Source of the DNA: Camelus ferus | Lineage: Eukaryota | Assembly: GCF_009834535.1 (NCBI RefSeq) | Contig: NC_045697.1 | Coordinates: forward strand, 37,946,001 to 38,010,000 | Reading direction: 5' to 3' | Length of the DNA: 64,000 nucleotides | In this document: positions 41,601 through 56,600 of the stretch, in pieces | Numbering within the stretch: the first letter of the stretch is position 1 | Layout: each line of letters opens with the position of its first letter | Notes under the pieces: generated by a model | Seen by the model: only the letters and a program-made list of their open reading frames with translations | Told to the model about the DNA's origin: nothing | Database searches by the model: none | Made by a program: the position numbers and the translations under genes

Positions 41601-44600
41601 TAAATATGTGTGCATGTGTGTGTGTATGTATGTGTATCTCAATTCTTGAACAGTTAGTATGCTACAGAATTTAAGGGTTCAAAATACAAAGAACCTTTAA
41701 AATGATTAATGTCAATATTAACAAAAAAGTAAAAAATTTTAAATCATGGAAATGTGGTTAAAGAAGATATCTATTAACTAATGACCAAATGTAGAGCTGT
41801 AATAATTTCAGATTTTACACAGGATAATTTATTCAAGAAAATGAGGTATTCTGATCAAATTAATTCAGTTAACAAATCTAGGGGAAAAGTCAGATTATAT
41901 CATAATATTTTGTACTTCTTGAAGGCAGGGACTATTTTTCACTACTCTTGGCACTTTCATGATATAGCACAATTGCCTGGCACATTAGATACATCCAATA
42001 AATTACTGTTTAATTCTGTTTAATTTATAAAGCAAACAATTTCCCTTATTAAATAATTTTTTTAAATACAGAAGTTCTGTCCCATAGTTTCAGCATTCAA
42101 TTGGTTAGTGATGGTGAAAATGAGAATGTTTAATTTTTTCTCATTACAGTAAGATTTTGTATAAAAATTAATATTACCAAGTTTCATTTTTCTGTAAAAT
42201 ATAGTTTTATGGCATATTATAATTAAAAAGATGAGATTTCAATGTATTCTGAAATAGAGTTTAGACTTTTAATATGGTCAAAATTCCATTTTATATATAT
42301 TAATATTTTTAAAAGATCAAATAGGGTATAAGGAATGATGCTAAGTGTTAATTTGGTTAAACATGCTTGTGTTTGTCACAAAATTACAAAAGTAAAGGAT
42401 AACACAGCCAAATACACTTAACTCTCTGCTTAACAGCTACTACTTACATTTTAAATATTCAGGGGTTAATGAATCACTTTCCAGTAGATGGGTAGAGAGT
42501 ATTTTATAAACCTCTGAATGTTCCCCCTCTGGGATAAAATTAAATATACTTTGATCCACAAGATCAGACTGAAAAAGAAATTTTTAAAAATTAAATAATT
42601 ATAATGATTCAAGAGACATTTATTTTAAAAGTATATAATCACTCTTAAAACATTAGATGAGCATATGGTTAACTTTCAATTATTTGTAAAAACTGACAAA
42701 TGTCAAGTTATAGAAAACAACCCAAAACTCAAGAGTGAGAAGGTGGAAGAAGGCTAACATGACCTCAGCACCTTTGATACTTCAGTCATCAGATCCATGA
42801 TCAGTATGATCTTGAAAGGCTGATAAATTATTTATAAAGTTCAGTTCCATCAAATTTGAACATTTAAAATGTTAACAGGATTGAGGAAGTTGATTAGAAG
42901 AATCTTTGGCTACACTACGTAACCTTACCATACATCACAACCTCTGGTAAATTATGGTGGTAGGATTAATGTCAATATTAACAATGTGGTACACTACCAC
43001 AAAGGACCACAGCACTAGCACAGGCTACATGAAGAGGAGACTTGACTTTGGTGTCCTTTCTTTTTTATTTCATCTTTCCCAGCCATCTATTCTGTAACCC
43101 ACTGTCAAAAGCTATGCTTTAAGGTAATTCTCCCCCTCTCAAAAAAGGGCAAGTAATATGTTAAATAGTATAAACCTTGCTAAAATATGGCTTTAATCAA
43201 CAGTTATTTGACAAACCTCAGGTTGCTTACAATGTGCCACTGCTGTGGAATCAAAAGTGAGTAAGATAAGAGTCTGTCCTGAAGAACAAACTGACAACCA
43301 AACTTCAGTGACTTCACATTTCCTGTCAAATCCAGTCCAGTCTACTTGGTTTCTCTACATTTTCAGACTGCTCTGTGGAATTCTGGTGATACTGAAGTGT
43401 TATCTTCAAGACTGTTGAAGTATGGGAGGGCAAGGGAAGTGAAAAGGAGCCATGAAGACAGGGCTAAGGGTTCCATTAAGAAGTTCCATTTTTATTCTGC
43501 TTGTATCTTAAACATTGTAAAGATTGCTAAAAGCAAAACAACAACAAAACCTCAAATAACAAAGAGTCACTGGGGACTGTAGAAGGTGGGAAAGGGTTGT
43601 TTACCACTCTCTGTACAAGCCATACACTCACACTCTCCCTCCTTTCTTTTCTCTAGCCCTCAAGGCCCATCCTACAAAGTGGAAAATCCTTCCCCTCTCT
43701 CACACGTTTGTACCTTCCATCTTTCAAAGCCCAGTTCAAATTATTTTCTTCAAAAAAAATTCACTTTAACTGCATAATCCACAGTAAAAAGGATAAAGTT
43801 CCTTTAAGTACTTATTATTCATATAATTCATTTCCCATCAAAAATACTTAATTTTAATCTTTATGTCCTACTGCCTCACAGGTGAGTAAAAGGGCCCTCT
43901 CTCTTACAACTTCATCTCCTATCCCTGAAATCAAGACACATTAACACTGTACTTTGTGTGTAACAGTTACTAGCACAGTAAAAGATTTTGGACTAAGGAG
44001 TTATTTGATAAAGCCTTAGGAGTTAACCACATCAAAAACACATCTGCATTTTAATAAGAGATTTTTCTGAATGTCTAAAAGCCTGTAGAACAGAAAGAAT
44101 AAACTAAAAATTAAGGCATGCACAACAAAGGCCAGAAAGTTGTCTTTTATTAAAAAAGTATCAAAATATAGGCATTGATATTAATGTAAAAAATAGTCTA
44201 AACAGAAACGTAAGACACCAATTTGGAGAACTAAAACTCATTTTTGAGATGGTTATACTTTCCTACTCTTATTTATTCTTCCTGACAATTTCTTACACTA
44301 TTTCAGTAAATGATTTGACCTATAGTACCCTTGCATTTTCATATATAAATTTATAGGGTGTCTCATAGTCATAGAGAAAAGAATATGACTGGCCAGTATA
44401 CAGAGTGGCATGATCACAAGCACTGGTTTCCCACCACTCTGCTTCCCCTGACACTTGATAACCCCAAGTACCAGAGTCACCAGGCAACAAATTAACTATT
44501 GTGTGAAACTCTCCATTAACCACTGTGTTTCAAATCTCTTAATGAAGCTGATCATACTTGATGTTGCCAAACCATGCACTCAGTTCCCAAGCACAATTCA

Positions 44601-47600
44601 AAGGAAAGAAAACAGCAGCTATCTCGATTCTTCTATCTCCCTCATTTTTGTGAATGTAAATTCTGATTGTCATATGATATAAATCAATAGGCTGTTTTTT
44701 CTCCATTAGGTCAATGGGACCAGTTAGTAAAAATTATTAACTATTACCGCTATTTTTTCCCTCAGGAAGCCAAAGGACAGTTAAATAACTGCTATAGAGT
44801 GTAGTTGCTCAAAAGGGACGGAAAGCTCCTCTAAAAAAAAAAAGTCAAGTATATGCTGAACATAACATGTTTTCAAACAACTGTGTTCCTTAAGTACAGT
44901 TCATAAGGAACAAAGATTCTGGCCCTATCAAATAAGCTTTATTTGCTTATTTCAAATATTTATTTCCTTATTAAAAAGATTTATTTGTAAATAATCATTT
45001 CATAACTTACCAAAAAAAAAAAAAAGTCTCAATCATTATTTCTGCATACTGCATTTACACCAAAGACTGCACTGACTTTCTTACAACACACCTGTATCTG
45101 TTATTTCAAAATTGTCAAGTTAGGAGAGTAGAAAAGGAAAGGCTCGTCCAGTATCTTAACAGTGGCACCTTTAGTTCTGGACTGTTAGGCTGTAACAAGG
45201 TTAGTCTTCCTCCCTATATTACACGGTACAAATTGAATATACTCTCTCCTCAGGAATACATTTAAACAACTGTGAGTAAACCAATCTTACACTGAAAAAT
45301 TTTACAAATTTTAAGTTCCCAGTAAAGAGACTCAACTTAATGTCCTGGCGCTTTCACTAAGCTGTTGCACAATTAAGTTCAATTTCTCTGGTTTTCATGT
45401 ATGCTTCCAATAAAAATAGCAGGGTTGGGCTAAGGATGTCTAAAATCCCCTCCGGCATAGGTGGTACAACACTATAATTGTGCCACAGAAAGCCATACCA
45501 GGAAAAAAAAAATCCATAGATTTCCTTTCCTGATTATCATCCACAAATTGGTTAAAATGTACCCTAATTAATTTCATAAGTATGATGTGACAAAGTTAAG
45601 AAAAAAAAATTTTACAGGATTTGTAGAATCAGCCTTGTACTTTTATAGTCAGATTTAAAAATTAAAATAAAAAAATTTAAGTCATACTGACCACTGATTA
45701 AGATGGCAAGTTTTAATTTCTCCACAGAACTGAATTATAAACATTAAGGTCTATATTTAGGGATCTGCTAATGTTTCTTTTCCTTTTGGGCAAGAGCCAA
45801 AATTCTATTTTAGACAAAAAGGTATATATGTTAAAAGACAAAGAAAGGAACACCATTGTTTTAAAATTTTTATTTAGCACCTGTTACAGTTTAATTATTA
45901 ACAACAAGTCAAAACAGAAAATCATGTACTTTTTTCCTTATTATGTTTGATCCTAAACAAGTACTGTTTCATTTTCTCAAAACACACTTGTGATTCAAAA
46001 CCATCAAGTGACATACAATACAGCAATATCAGTGATCTGAAGGAAAGTATCCACAGTAACTGGAGAGCAGTAAAGAACTGTTTTAATAAAGGACACTATT
46101 AACTCAGTGTGGAATGAAGTGAGTCTGTTGGATCAGCAGTAATCTCCACTGCCCCAAAATTCACCTGCCAGTCCACACGCTTTGGATGACATAAACAATT
46201 AAAAAGATTCAGAAGATGTTACCAACAGAGGAAATAGGCTATGGGACATATGGGAACTCTCTATATTATCTTCTTGACTTTTGCTGTAAGTCTAAAAATA
46301 GTTTTAAAATAAAAGGGTCTTTTTAAAAATCCAGGAGGGAATGGGAAGGTGAAGAGGGTTTTCACTGAGGAAGAATGTTACTGATCAAACACTTGGATCC
46401 GAACTAGATCTGCTGCAGACATGCCTATTTGAAAATGTTATTAAACATTCCCTCACTAAAGATCTAACACCAGTGTGCCATTTGGAAGGAATTTTTAAAA
46501 CAACTACATCCAATAGTCTACTCACTTTCATGTATTCAATAAATAATTACCAAGTGCCTCTGAGAAATCAGCCAGCCTATGGGGCTACAGAGATAAAGTG
46601 CCTGTACTTAGAAAGCTTACAGCTACCATAATTATCCAAATAAGCAGAAAACTTCAATTCACTGTCATTATGCCAATATGTATAAGGTAATATGGGAACA
46701 GAGAAGAAAAGCACCTAATTCTGAGAAGTATTCCATTGTATAAATATACCACAACTTCTTTATCCAGTCATCTGTCAATGGACATTTAGGTTGGTTCCAT
46801 GTATTAGCTATTGTAAACAGTGCTGCTATGAACATTATGGTGCAGGTGTCTTTCTGAATTAAGGTTCCCTCTGGATATATGCCCAGGAGTGGGACTGCTG
46901 GATCATATGGTAAATCTATTTTTAATCTTTTGAGGAATATCCATGTGTTCCACAATGGTTACACCAAACTGCATTCCCACCAATAGTGTAGGAGGGTTCC
47001 TTTTTCTCCACACCCTCTCTAGCATTTATCGTTTATGGATTTTTGAATGATGGCCATTCTGACTGGTGTAAGGTGATACCTCATTGTAGTTTTGATTTGC
47101 ATTTCTCTAATAACTAGTGATAACTGAGCATTTTTTCATGTGCCTACTGGCCATTTGTATGTGTTAATTGGAGAATTGCTTGTTTAGTTCTTCTGTCCAT
47201 TTTTGGATTGGGTTTTTTCTTCCTTATTAAGTTGTATGAGCTGTTAAAAATAATAAAATAATGCCATTTGCAGCAACATGAATGGCCCTGGAGAATATCA
47301 TTCTAAGTAAAATAAACCAGAAAGAGAAAGAAAAATACCGTATGATATCACTCATATGTGGAATCATTAAAAAAAAAAAAAAAAGACAAACGAACTTACT
47401 TACAAAACAGAAACAGACTCACAGACATAGAAAACAAACTTATGGTTACCAGGGGAGAAGGGGGTGGGAAGAGATAAACTGGGAGTTTGAGATTTGCAGA
47501 TACTAACTGGTATATATAAAATAGATAAACAAGTTTATACTGTACAACACAGGGAACTATATTCAATATCTTATAGTAGCTTACAGTGAAAAAGAATATG

Positions 47601-50600
47601 AAAACGAATATATGTATATTCACATATGACTGAAGCATTGTGCTGTACACCAGAAATTGACACAGCACTGTAAATTGACTATGCTTCAATTTAAAAAAAA
47701 AAAAAAGATTAAAAAAAAAGCACCTAATTCTGAATGAAATCCATGGAAAGTATCCAAGAAGCAGGCTTTTAAAAAATGTAACCACATTTCAAATTATGCT
47801 CTGATTATGACTAATTAAAGATTGTATAGTTTCTATAAATACTTAACTGAAAAGAAAAGCCAATACAATCATCTATGGTTTAAAAGCATATAATTATACC
47901 TTTATTTAAATTAATCTTATTTTTTAAGTTGATGTATAATTGATTCACAATATTAGTTTCAGGTGCACAACATAGTGATTTAATATTTTCAGTAGACTAT
48001 ACACCACATGAAGTTATTACAAAATAACGGCTGTACTTCCCTGTGCTGTATAATATATTCTTTTTTTAAGGCATTTTTTTCTTTTTGGGGGAGGTAATTA
48101 GATTTATTGATTGATTGATTTTAATGACGATAATGGGGGGTGAGCCCAGGACCTCGTGCATCCTAAGAACATAGTCTACCACTAACCTATACCCTTCTCC
48201 CGTATAATATATTCTTGTTGCTTATTTATTTTATACATAGCTTGTGTCTCTTAATCCCATACCCTTATCTTGCTCCTCATCCCACCCCCCCCACCTCACT
48301 GGTAACCACTAGTTTGTATCTGTGAGTTTGTTTCTGTTTTGTTGTATACATTCTTTTGTTTTATTTATTAGATTCTACTATTCAATTTTATCTTAATCCT
48401 ATAAAGAATTTTTTTCCCTGGCTTTTTTCACTATGTAAATATTTTTTAAAAAGAACTGCGCCCCAAATTCAGTTATCAGTCTGTCCTTTTCTCTGCCCAT
48501 AATAGTTTACTTACATATTGCTATAATTGCACTGTTTATGCTTAACCAATTTTTAGATATTAGGCTAAATCACCTACTGTTTGAGCTTACTGGTAGAGTC
48601 CCTAGAGAACCAGTAAAGCCAAGTTATTTTCTGTGTTACCCAAAGAAACTGGCAAATTACTACCGCCCGGCTTTCAGAAACAAAGCAGTACCCTTTTAGA
48701 ATCTGCCTTTTTAAGTGTAGAATCCATTTTCTTTATAAAGTACAAAGCAGCAGAGTAATCAGAGGGAGGGAGATACTGCTCGTCATTCTCTCTCGAAAGA
48801 GACCTTTATAGAACATTTGACTCTGTTATGTATTGTTATAAATTTTAAGGACATGGGCATTTTAAGAGTAATTTTTAAGTAATTTCAGAATATTTATACC
48901 ACAAGCCCCACTTTAGATAAGAACATTACATATTAAATAAAAACTTCAAATTCATAAACTGTCAACTGCAGCAGAGCACCTGGCATAGTACCTGACACAT
49001 AGTAGATGTTCGATAAATACATGTTAAGTAAACAGCAAACACATAATTCAGTTATTCCCCATTCTAATCAAAATTATATGTGTAATTCTTCTCTAATTTT
49101 CTACCCTTTTGGTCATATTAATAACAAATTGAATATGTCCATTGAAACATTATCAATTCAAGCCACAGAGCACAAAAGGTCTGTACCTACTATTTCCAGT
49201 ATGTTTTCGTAAGTCATTCTTTTGAGAAAATCATTTATGACTTACTCTAGCTGTAACAAATATCTCAGTAGAAATTTAGTTATTCTCGAGACACTCTCAG
49301 TGATTACATCTTCACCACAGGAATTACTGATTAAACAGCAAATACTGAAAACTCAGCATTAGAATAAAGAGAGCAGGAAGAAGAGAGGTGAGATAAAGTG
49401 ACAGTTGAGTATTTATTTAGTTACTATAAATCAGAGTCATGACAGACCTGGGAAACCATAGACATGCTAAAACAAATACATAGTCTCATTCCCACTCTAC
49501 TAATGTTCAACTTGTCCACTTTCAAGGGCTTTAGAATATTTAAAATAGGCACTAAATAAGAAAGAGATTACAGCATTTTTATACTTACTGGTAAGTGTTC
49601 AAGTAATGAAGTTACACTCTCAGACACATAGATTATGCTTCCATCTGTCATGATTGCTAAAAAAAAACCATCAAGAGCCTGAAATTAAACATAATGGTCA
49701 GTTAAATGAAAAGAAAAATGTATTTCACAGGACAGAAATAAAAACCTAAAATAAATGACAAAGGGCTTACTGTGGAAATTTCCAGAGCACTGTCAAAATG
49801 TTAGCTTTTCCCCTTTACTACCTTAGTACCTATTTTTGTGCATTTTAAAATGCTGCTGGGGAAAAAAAAAAAGAAGAAAAAACAAACAAAACTATGGCCA
49901 TTATTGAATTGTTGGTTTCTAGAAGATAGACTTAATGTTCTTCCACTTTTAGCATATTAGTTATTATATGAAGATGGCCTTATTTGAAGATGCTAGTATT
50001 TCCAAAGCACACATGCTATTGATAATAAGTCTTCGGCACACAAAAGAATACATTATCACTTTTTGGATATATTGACAGAGAAGTATGTGAATGAAGCACA
50101 GGGAGGTATGTGTGGAATAAAGTGAAAGGGAAATTAGCCTTAGTCTACTGAAAAAGTAGACTGAGGTCAGATCGTGAAAGGCCTTGAATACCAGGGTAAG
50201 ACATGAGGATTTTGTTCAAGAACAGTCTGGAAGCAGTGTGTAATGTGGATTCAGAGGAAAAGAGAATTAAGAAGAAAATACTAAGTGGCTTTCAGAATAG
50301 TTGGGAAAGTTAATGAGAATTCAAATGAAATTCGCAGCAGTAAGAAGAGAGAAGAAAGGATTTAGGCAATCATTAAGAAATGTGATGTTAGAGTTCAGGA
50401 GAGAAATCAGCACAGGGGAAGAACAGTTAATATTAAAGAAATCCTGTACCTTAATACATATTACAAAGTTTTTCATTTAAGAATCCTAGGTACCAAAGTG
50501 GCAGCTGAAGAAATGAGGTCTGCAAAAGAGAGAGAATGCCAAAGACAAATCCTTGGGGAATTATCTACTTAAGGGGATGAGGAGGAGGAAAAGTGCCAGA

Positions 50601-53600
50601 GAAAATGACAGAGAAGACAAAATGCACTGCTGTCAACGAAGCCAATAGGGGAAAGAATGACAAAGTGAGTGAGGAGGAAGAGCGATGGTTCAGTATAAAA
50701 GGAGATCAATTAAGATAAAGAATGAGAAAATAAAACTGAATTTTGGTGACTTTCAAGAGTCACTGATATCAGTAGGAAGGTGAGTCACACTACAATGAGT
50801 TTAGAGATGGGTGGATGATCAGAAGGCTATTATAAACCACTCTTCCCTTCTAAAGTTCATGAGAGGTCTCATTTTAAGGGGACTAAGTATCAAGGGAAGT
50901 CATTTTTTAAAATAGTAACTGAAATATATTTGCAGGCTGAAGGAAAAGAAGATTCAATGAAAAAGATGTTGAAGACATACAGCATTAGAGATAAACCATA
51001 AGAAGAGTTCTCTTCTCCTACCAAAGTATTTATCAAACTAAATTTGAATTTCTTGTTTTAAGTATAGGGTTCTCTCAAATGATAGCAATCTCTGGGTAAG
51101 AACTACATAAACACTGTATCTGTAGCACCTAGCATATGTTTGGCACATGGCAAATAAAAATACTTGCATGTAATTTATGAATCTGATGTTTTAAGCAACC
51201 TCCCTCTAATTCTAAGCAATCGTTGAATGTATGGAAAAAGACATCCCCCCCACCCCTTCTATTGAGGAAGAAATTTGGATATTAGAAAGAACTTATTTTG
51301 TGTAGATGTCTATCTTCTAGAATGGCTCAGACAAACTCATTCCTGGCTAATGTAAGGGGAAAGGGTGAAACTTGTAATTTAAGCAAATTCATTAAATTTT
51401 TACAAAAACTCTTTGGTACAATAAATGCTGGTATTATTTCATAACGAAAAGGGTCAAAATGTCATCAAGAACATGCTTTTCTCGAGTGAAGCTAGACAGT
51501 GTTATCTTTGAAAACAAATTATTATTTTCAATGATGATCTCTATTTGCTCTTAGGATATTCCCTAGAACTGGGATGCAGCTCTCTTCTGTAAAGAGAATA
51601 AACTAAAATCAGAACTCTTAATGACTTAATCCCATTCCTAGAACTAGAGCCTGCCCCTTCCTCTTTAAAAGCAGGCAAAGATTCAGTAAAGAAAAGCCTC
51701 CACAAGCATCTGGCCAAGTGTTAACACAAGAAAGAATCAGACTTCTTTTGAATGGAAGGATTTAATTTCCCAATAAGGTAGGTAGGTATACCAAAAACTG
51801 AAGGGGCCTTGAGGAGGAAGATCAGACAGATGTGGAAGGAAGAGCAAGACAGAGAAGGACATATTCATCCAGAGACTGAAGACTGTGAACCTTACCCCTT
51901 GCCTACACTGTGTGATAGAAAGGAAAGGGTTCATTCATTAAAATTCATCTTCCTATTTGATATCTACTTGACCCTCAACAAAAGGCCTGTGTAAACCTTC
52001 ATAGTTTACTTACTGAGTGTTTAATCTGGGAAGACTGGATGAAAGTTCTAGGGAAAGGGACAGTACCTCCTTCTGATGAGGCAGATAAGGCACTGACCCT
52101 TTCCTTGTAGAGTACTGAAGAGAGCTGCCAGCTGCTAAGGGGAAAGAACTCCTTACTAGGTGACTTCTCACAGAGAGACTTTGCATAGAGGTTTAGTCAG
52201 GCAAACCACACCCTCCCACACCCCTCTACCGCCTACTATCAAGGGTAGCAAGGAATATTCCTTAGGTAACAGAGATAAGAGGGAGTGGGATAGGTGGCAA
52301 TGGAAGAATGGAGAGAGATAGCCAACATACAAGGTGTAAGTGAATTTTAAGATCTTAGTCTCAGTTCTTCGATTAATTAGCCATCTGACCTTGAACAAGC
52401 TGCATCCTCTTCAGGCCTCACTGGTAAAAGGAAGAAGTTGACCTGAATGATCTCAACTCTTCTACTAGCAGCTCTAACATTCCAAGATATAGCCTACATC
52501 TGAAATTCTGCTGAGAAGGGTATTCAGACTGCCCATCTGTAATCTGATCAACATAACTAGCCAACAGTAACACAACTAGGTTAGCTGGACCCAGGTTACA
52601 ATATATACACACATTTATACATATCCTTCAATTTTGGCATATTAACATTAAAACATATATTTACTTAATAGGTGTAAACATAGACTAAAAATAAAAAATA
52701 TGCTTGACATGTTAAAAATTTTTAAATGTAATATTTTTCAGAAATGTAATTTTAAAAGCTGTGAGGAAATCATGAGACAACTAATTTATATTTTCAAAAT
52801 TTTAATGTTTAAATTTTCTGTTGCATATTATATGTAATGTTATAATCTCTAGAATATTTTATTTGTCTTTGATATTTATCTATGTATGCACTACATGTGT
52901 CTCGGCAATTAATTTAAAAAAATCTGTTCATAGCAGGAGGGAAATAAGCTCAGTGGTAGAGCTCATGCTTAGTTTGCATGAGGTCCTGGGTTCAATCCTC
53001 AGTATCTCCATTAAAAAATAAATTAAAAATCTGTTCATCGTAAAGAAAAATCTGAAGACAATGCTTTCTACTTAGCTTATTAGTAAACAGGTAATTTACC
53101 TTCATTAAGGTTATTAGTAAGTACGTATAGATATTACAACAATTTATAACTTTATAAGAAATTTTTCATACCAATAAAGCAGGGTAGTTTATAACTAACA
53201 CAGATCTTATTAAATGATTACACTGAAAAATACCATAAATTAAAAATTAAAGAGTAATTAAATGAGTTTATTTCCTTTTTTTTGTTGAAAACATCAGCTT
53301 GTGTGTACCCTTTCATAAACATATTTATATCTAAAGAGATAATTAGGTATCTCTTGTTAAGAACATGCTTTTCTTGCATGAAGCTAGATTGTCATCTTTG
53401 AAAACAAATTATTACTTTTTAGAGAAAAAATTTAACAAAATTGGAACTATTATTTGATTTCTGAACTTTTATTAAGCCTCTCAAAAATTCAGATAATAAT
53501 GAAAATATGAAAATTTGGCATTATTTTACCACATAGTACTATTTCCTTATAATATTTACATCTACTAATTTTAACTGAAGAGATAGCTTACTGATTTACA

Positions 53601-56600
53601 TTGAATTATGGTTTTTAAATATTAAAGTAATATCGTTAAAACTGTACTAAAATTAGTAACCCCTGTGATTTCTTTTTTAAGGAAAATAAACTTCAAAAAT
53701 TAAATACGGACATACCTCTAACATTAATTGCGTAAACTCTTCATTACTAAGGAATGTAGGTTTCCAGTCCTGTCGAATTTCACTAGCATCTGACTGTGCA
53801 GTGATTTCTGCAAACAGATTGACACATTAGTGGCATAGTCCAACCAAAAGTTTGGGGTAGTGGGGTAGATAGAGTACAGAAGTCCTACAAGTTGCCTTCT
53901 CTTCTCCCACTCTAAAGAACCGTAGGCAATAATATTTACTGGTCTAGGTAGGTATCAGGAGGTACAAGTTTTGGTACGATGAAAAATATTTGAGCTAATA
54001 CAGCAAGTTATCTCCTTAGATTTAGTCTCTTAAAAATACTAGCCTCTTTGGATTTTCTCTGGGGGGCTTTGAGAGCCTGTGCTGCTGACAGGCCTGAGAC
54101 TGCTTCCTCCTTGACACAATGACCAAACAAGAATCAGAACAAGCAGATTAGATCAAGCATTAGGAACATACTCTTTTTTCCCCTTCCTTTTTCTTGCTAT
54201 TCAAATGGTAGTACCTAGAGAAGATATAAGGACGTGAACTTGGAGTAAAGGAGTCAAGGAGGCCAGTCAGTCTGCTTTTAGAAAAGAAGATGTTAGGCTT
54301 GCCTATTGCCAAGCAGAAAGATTCTTCCCAGTCTGAAGTGCGTTACTCTTAATTAATCAGTGAGACTGAATTAAGACTTTAGGCAAAAACTTTATAGTAA
54401 TAATCCCAGATTGATTCTACTTAGTGTCTTCTTGCATGTTTCCTAGCAGTAGGAAGTTGGTCAAAACTTTGGAGATCCTTGGCTTGGGGTATACATTTTA
54501 ACAATTTTTATAGTTTATTTTGTAACATACTTCTAATGGATTTAGTTATAAGAAAGCTATTCATAAATGATAAAATCTGAACTACTTAGGCAATAAACAT
54601 TTTTCCATTTTTAAATGCAGATATATTAAAACAGGTAAAATAAAAACCTGTATCACAGATTTTACTCTACAAAATATACTCTACTTTGCAATGAAAAATA
54701 TGGACTAAGTTGTTTGACCAGATATGTAAATATGGCATATTAAATTGGTATCCCAAATCTGGCATACTGGAAATGTCTTTACTAGATATAAAGAGTAACT
54801 GTGAAGTAGAGCTACTGATTCTGTGCAATACAGTCATGCTTTTCAAATTCACATCAATTATATATATTCAGAAAAAAGGACTTAATCCACAAATAAATCC
54901 CAGTAAGTTTAGTTAAACACAGGTTTATTTTTAGAGCAATAAGTATATAAAAATTACCTTTCAATTTAAGGTAAATTTTATTTTTGTGAGAATCATATAT
55001 CCAATTTTGAAAAAACTTACCTACTTAATGCCAAAATTAGTCCTCTTTTGTCAGGGTGAAATAATTATGCATGCATATTACTTCATTTCATTCAACAATC
55101 ATTTATTGAACTCCTAAAATGTCTGAGGGACTGAATGTGCCATCTTGCAAGGGACACTGAGGTTAGTGAAAATACTATCTGTAGAGGTAAAATGTAATGA
55201 TGATGGTGGCAATAAAAATGAAGACAAGCAATTCTGACACATTTACAGAAGAATCAACAAAATTTGGCCACTGTGATACTATACTAAGGAAGATTTAAAA
55301 TAACTTTTCAGGTCTGAGTCCTGGGGAATTGAAAGGATGGTGGTATAAAAATGAAAACAAGAAAGTTGAGAGAAACAGGTGACCTGACAAAATGAAAATG
55401 AGTTCAGTTTTAGATGCACTGAGTTTGAGGACATGCACAAGAAAGATCCAGAAGTTACCTGGAAATAAAAGACTGAAAAGTTTGCATCTAAAAATACAGA
55501 TTTAGCAGTTTAATAGAGAGGCAAGAGCTGAAGCTATGAACTGAGATAACCAACGGAACCAGTGTTTAAAAAAAAAAAAGGCAAAAGCACAAAAGACTTG
55601 AGAACTGTTACATTTAGAGGACAGAAAAAGAAAGAGGAAAGAAATCAGCTCAGTTAGGGAGGGGGGAAGTGAATGAAGAAGTGTAGAGTAACTCAGGCCA
55701 AGGGCAAAGAAAGCCAGTGGAGGATAAATGAAAATGTCCAGTGCTTCAGAGATGCTGAAGAGGATGAGGTATAACAAAAAGCTACTGCTTCATTGGCAGA
55801 AGAGGGCATGAGGAGTGGGGGTGATGGCATTAGAGAAATTAACAAAAATAATTTTAAAGAGTGGTGGGTCATAAACCAGGCTAATAATGCATTCCACAGT
55901 GAGCCCGCAAGAAAAAGAGACACTAGTTATAAATTCTCCTTTTGAGAAGTTTTGCAGTTTCATTTGTATCTAAAACGAAATGTCCTTTTACAAGTTTTCC
56001 AATTATTATATTACCAAAATACTTAATATTCTTAAAAATTTTCTTTTCATGACTTAGTCAAAGTGATTTTGTTTGATTAACAAATAATCACTTTAAAACA
56101 CAGTGTTTATTCCCTAAATATACACTGAAGCCCTTTTAAAATGATATGTAAGACCCTCTCAATCGTACTCTTCCCTTGCTTTCAAATAGACCCATAATTT
56201 TCCAACTCAAACTATGCTCCAGTTAAACTGAACTCTCCCAGCTTCTCTGGTTTGGTACATGCTATTTCCTCATGTGAACTGCTGTTTTTCTTAGTTAATC
56301 TAAAAGGAAGACTCAGTTGAAAAATCAACTACTTTTTTACTGACACATTCTTTCCTCTGTGTTCTCACATAAAGTTTATGGTTTACAAGCACTACTCACA
56401 TTATAATTATCTTCATTGTAATTAGCTGTTTATATGTTTCTCTCCCTTGGCTTGAGTTACTCGAAGGTCAGGACTGTTAACCTACTAGGATACAGTAGGC
56501 ACTAAATAAATGTTTGTTGAATGAAAGAAAGAACATATTAGGAAATCTTTAAAAAGGCAATTATTATTTCTTCCTCTTAAAAAAATTTTAGGAAGCATCC

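Noticed and set aside
52938..53010. tRNA-like sequence
   Set aside because: It has a TSD, an A-rich tail and a broken acceptor stem, so it is a SINE rather than a tRNA gene.
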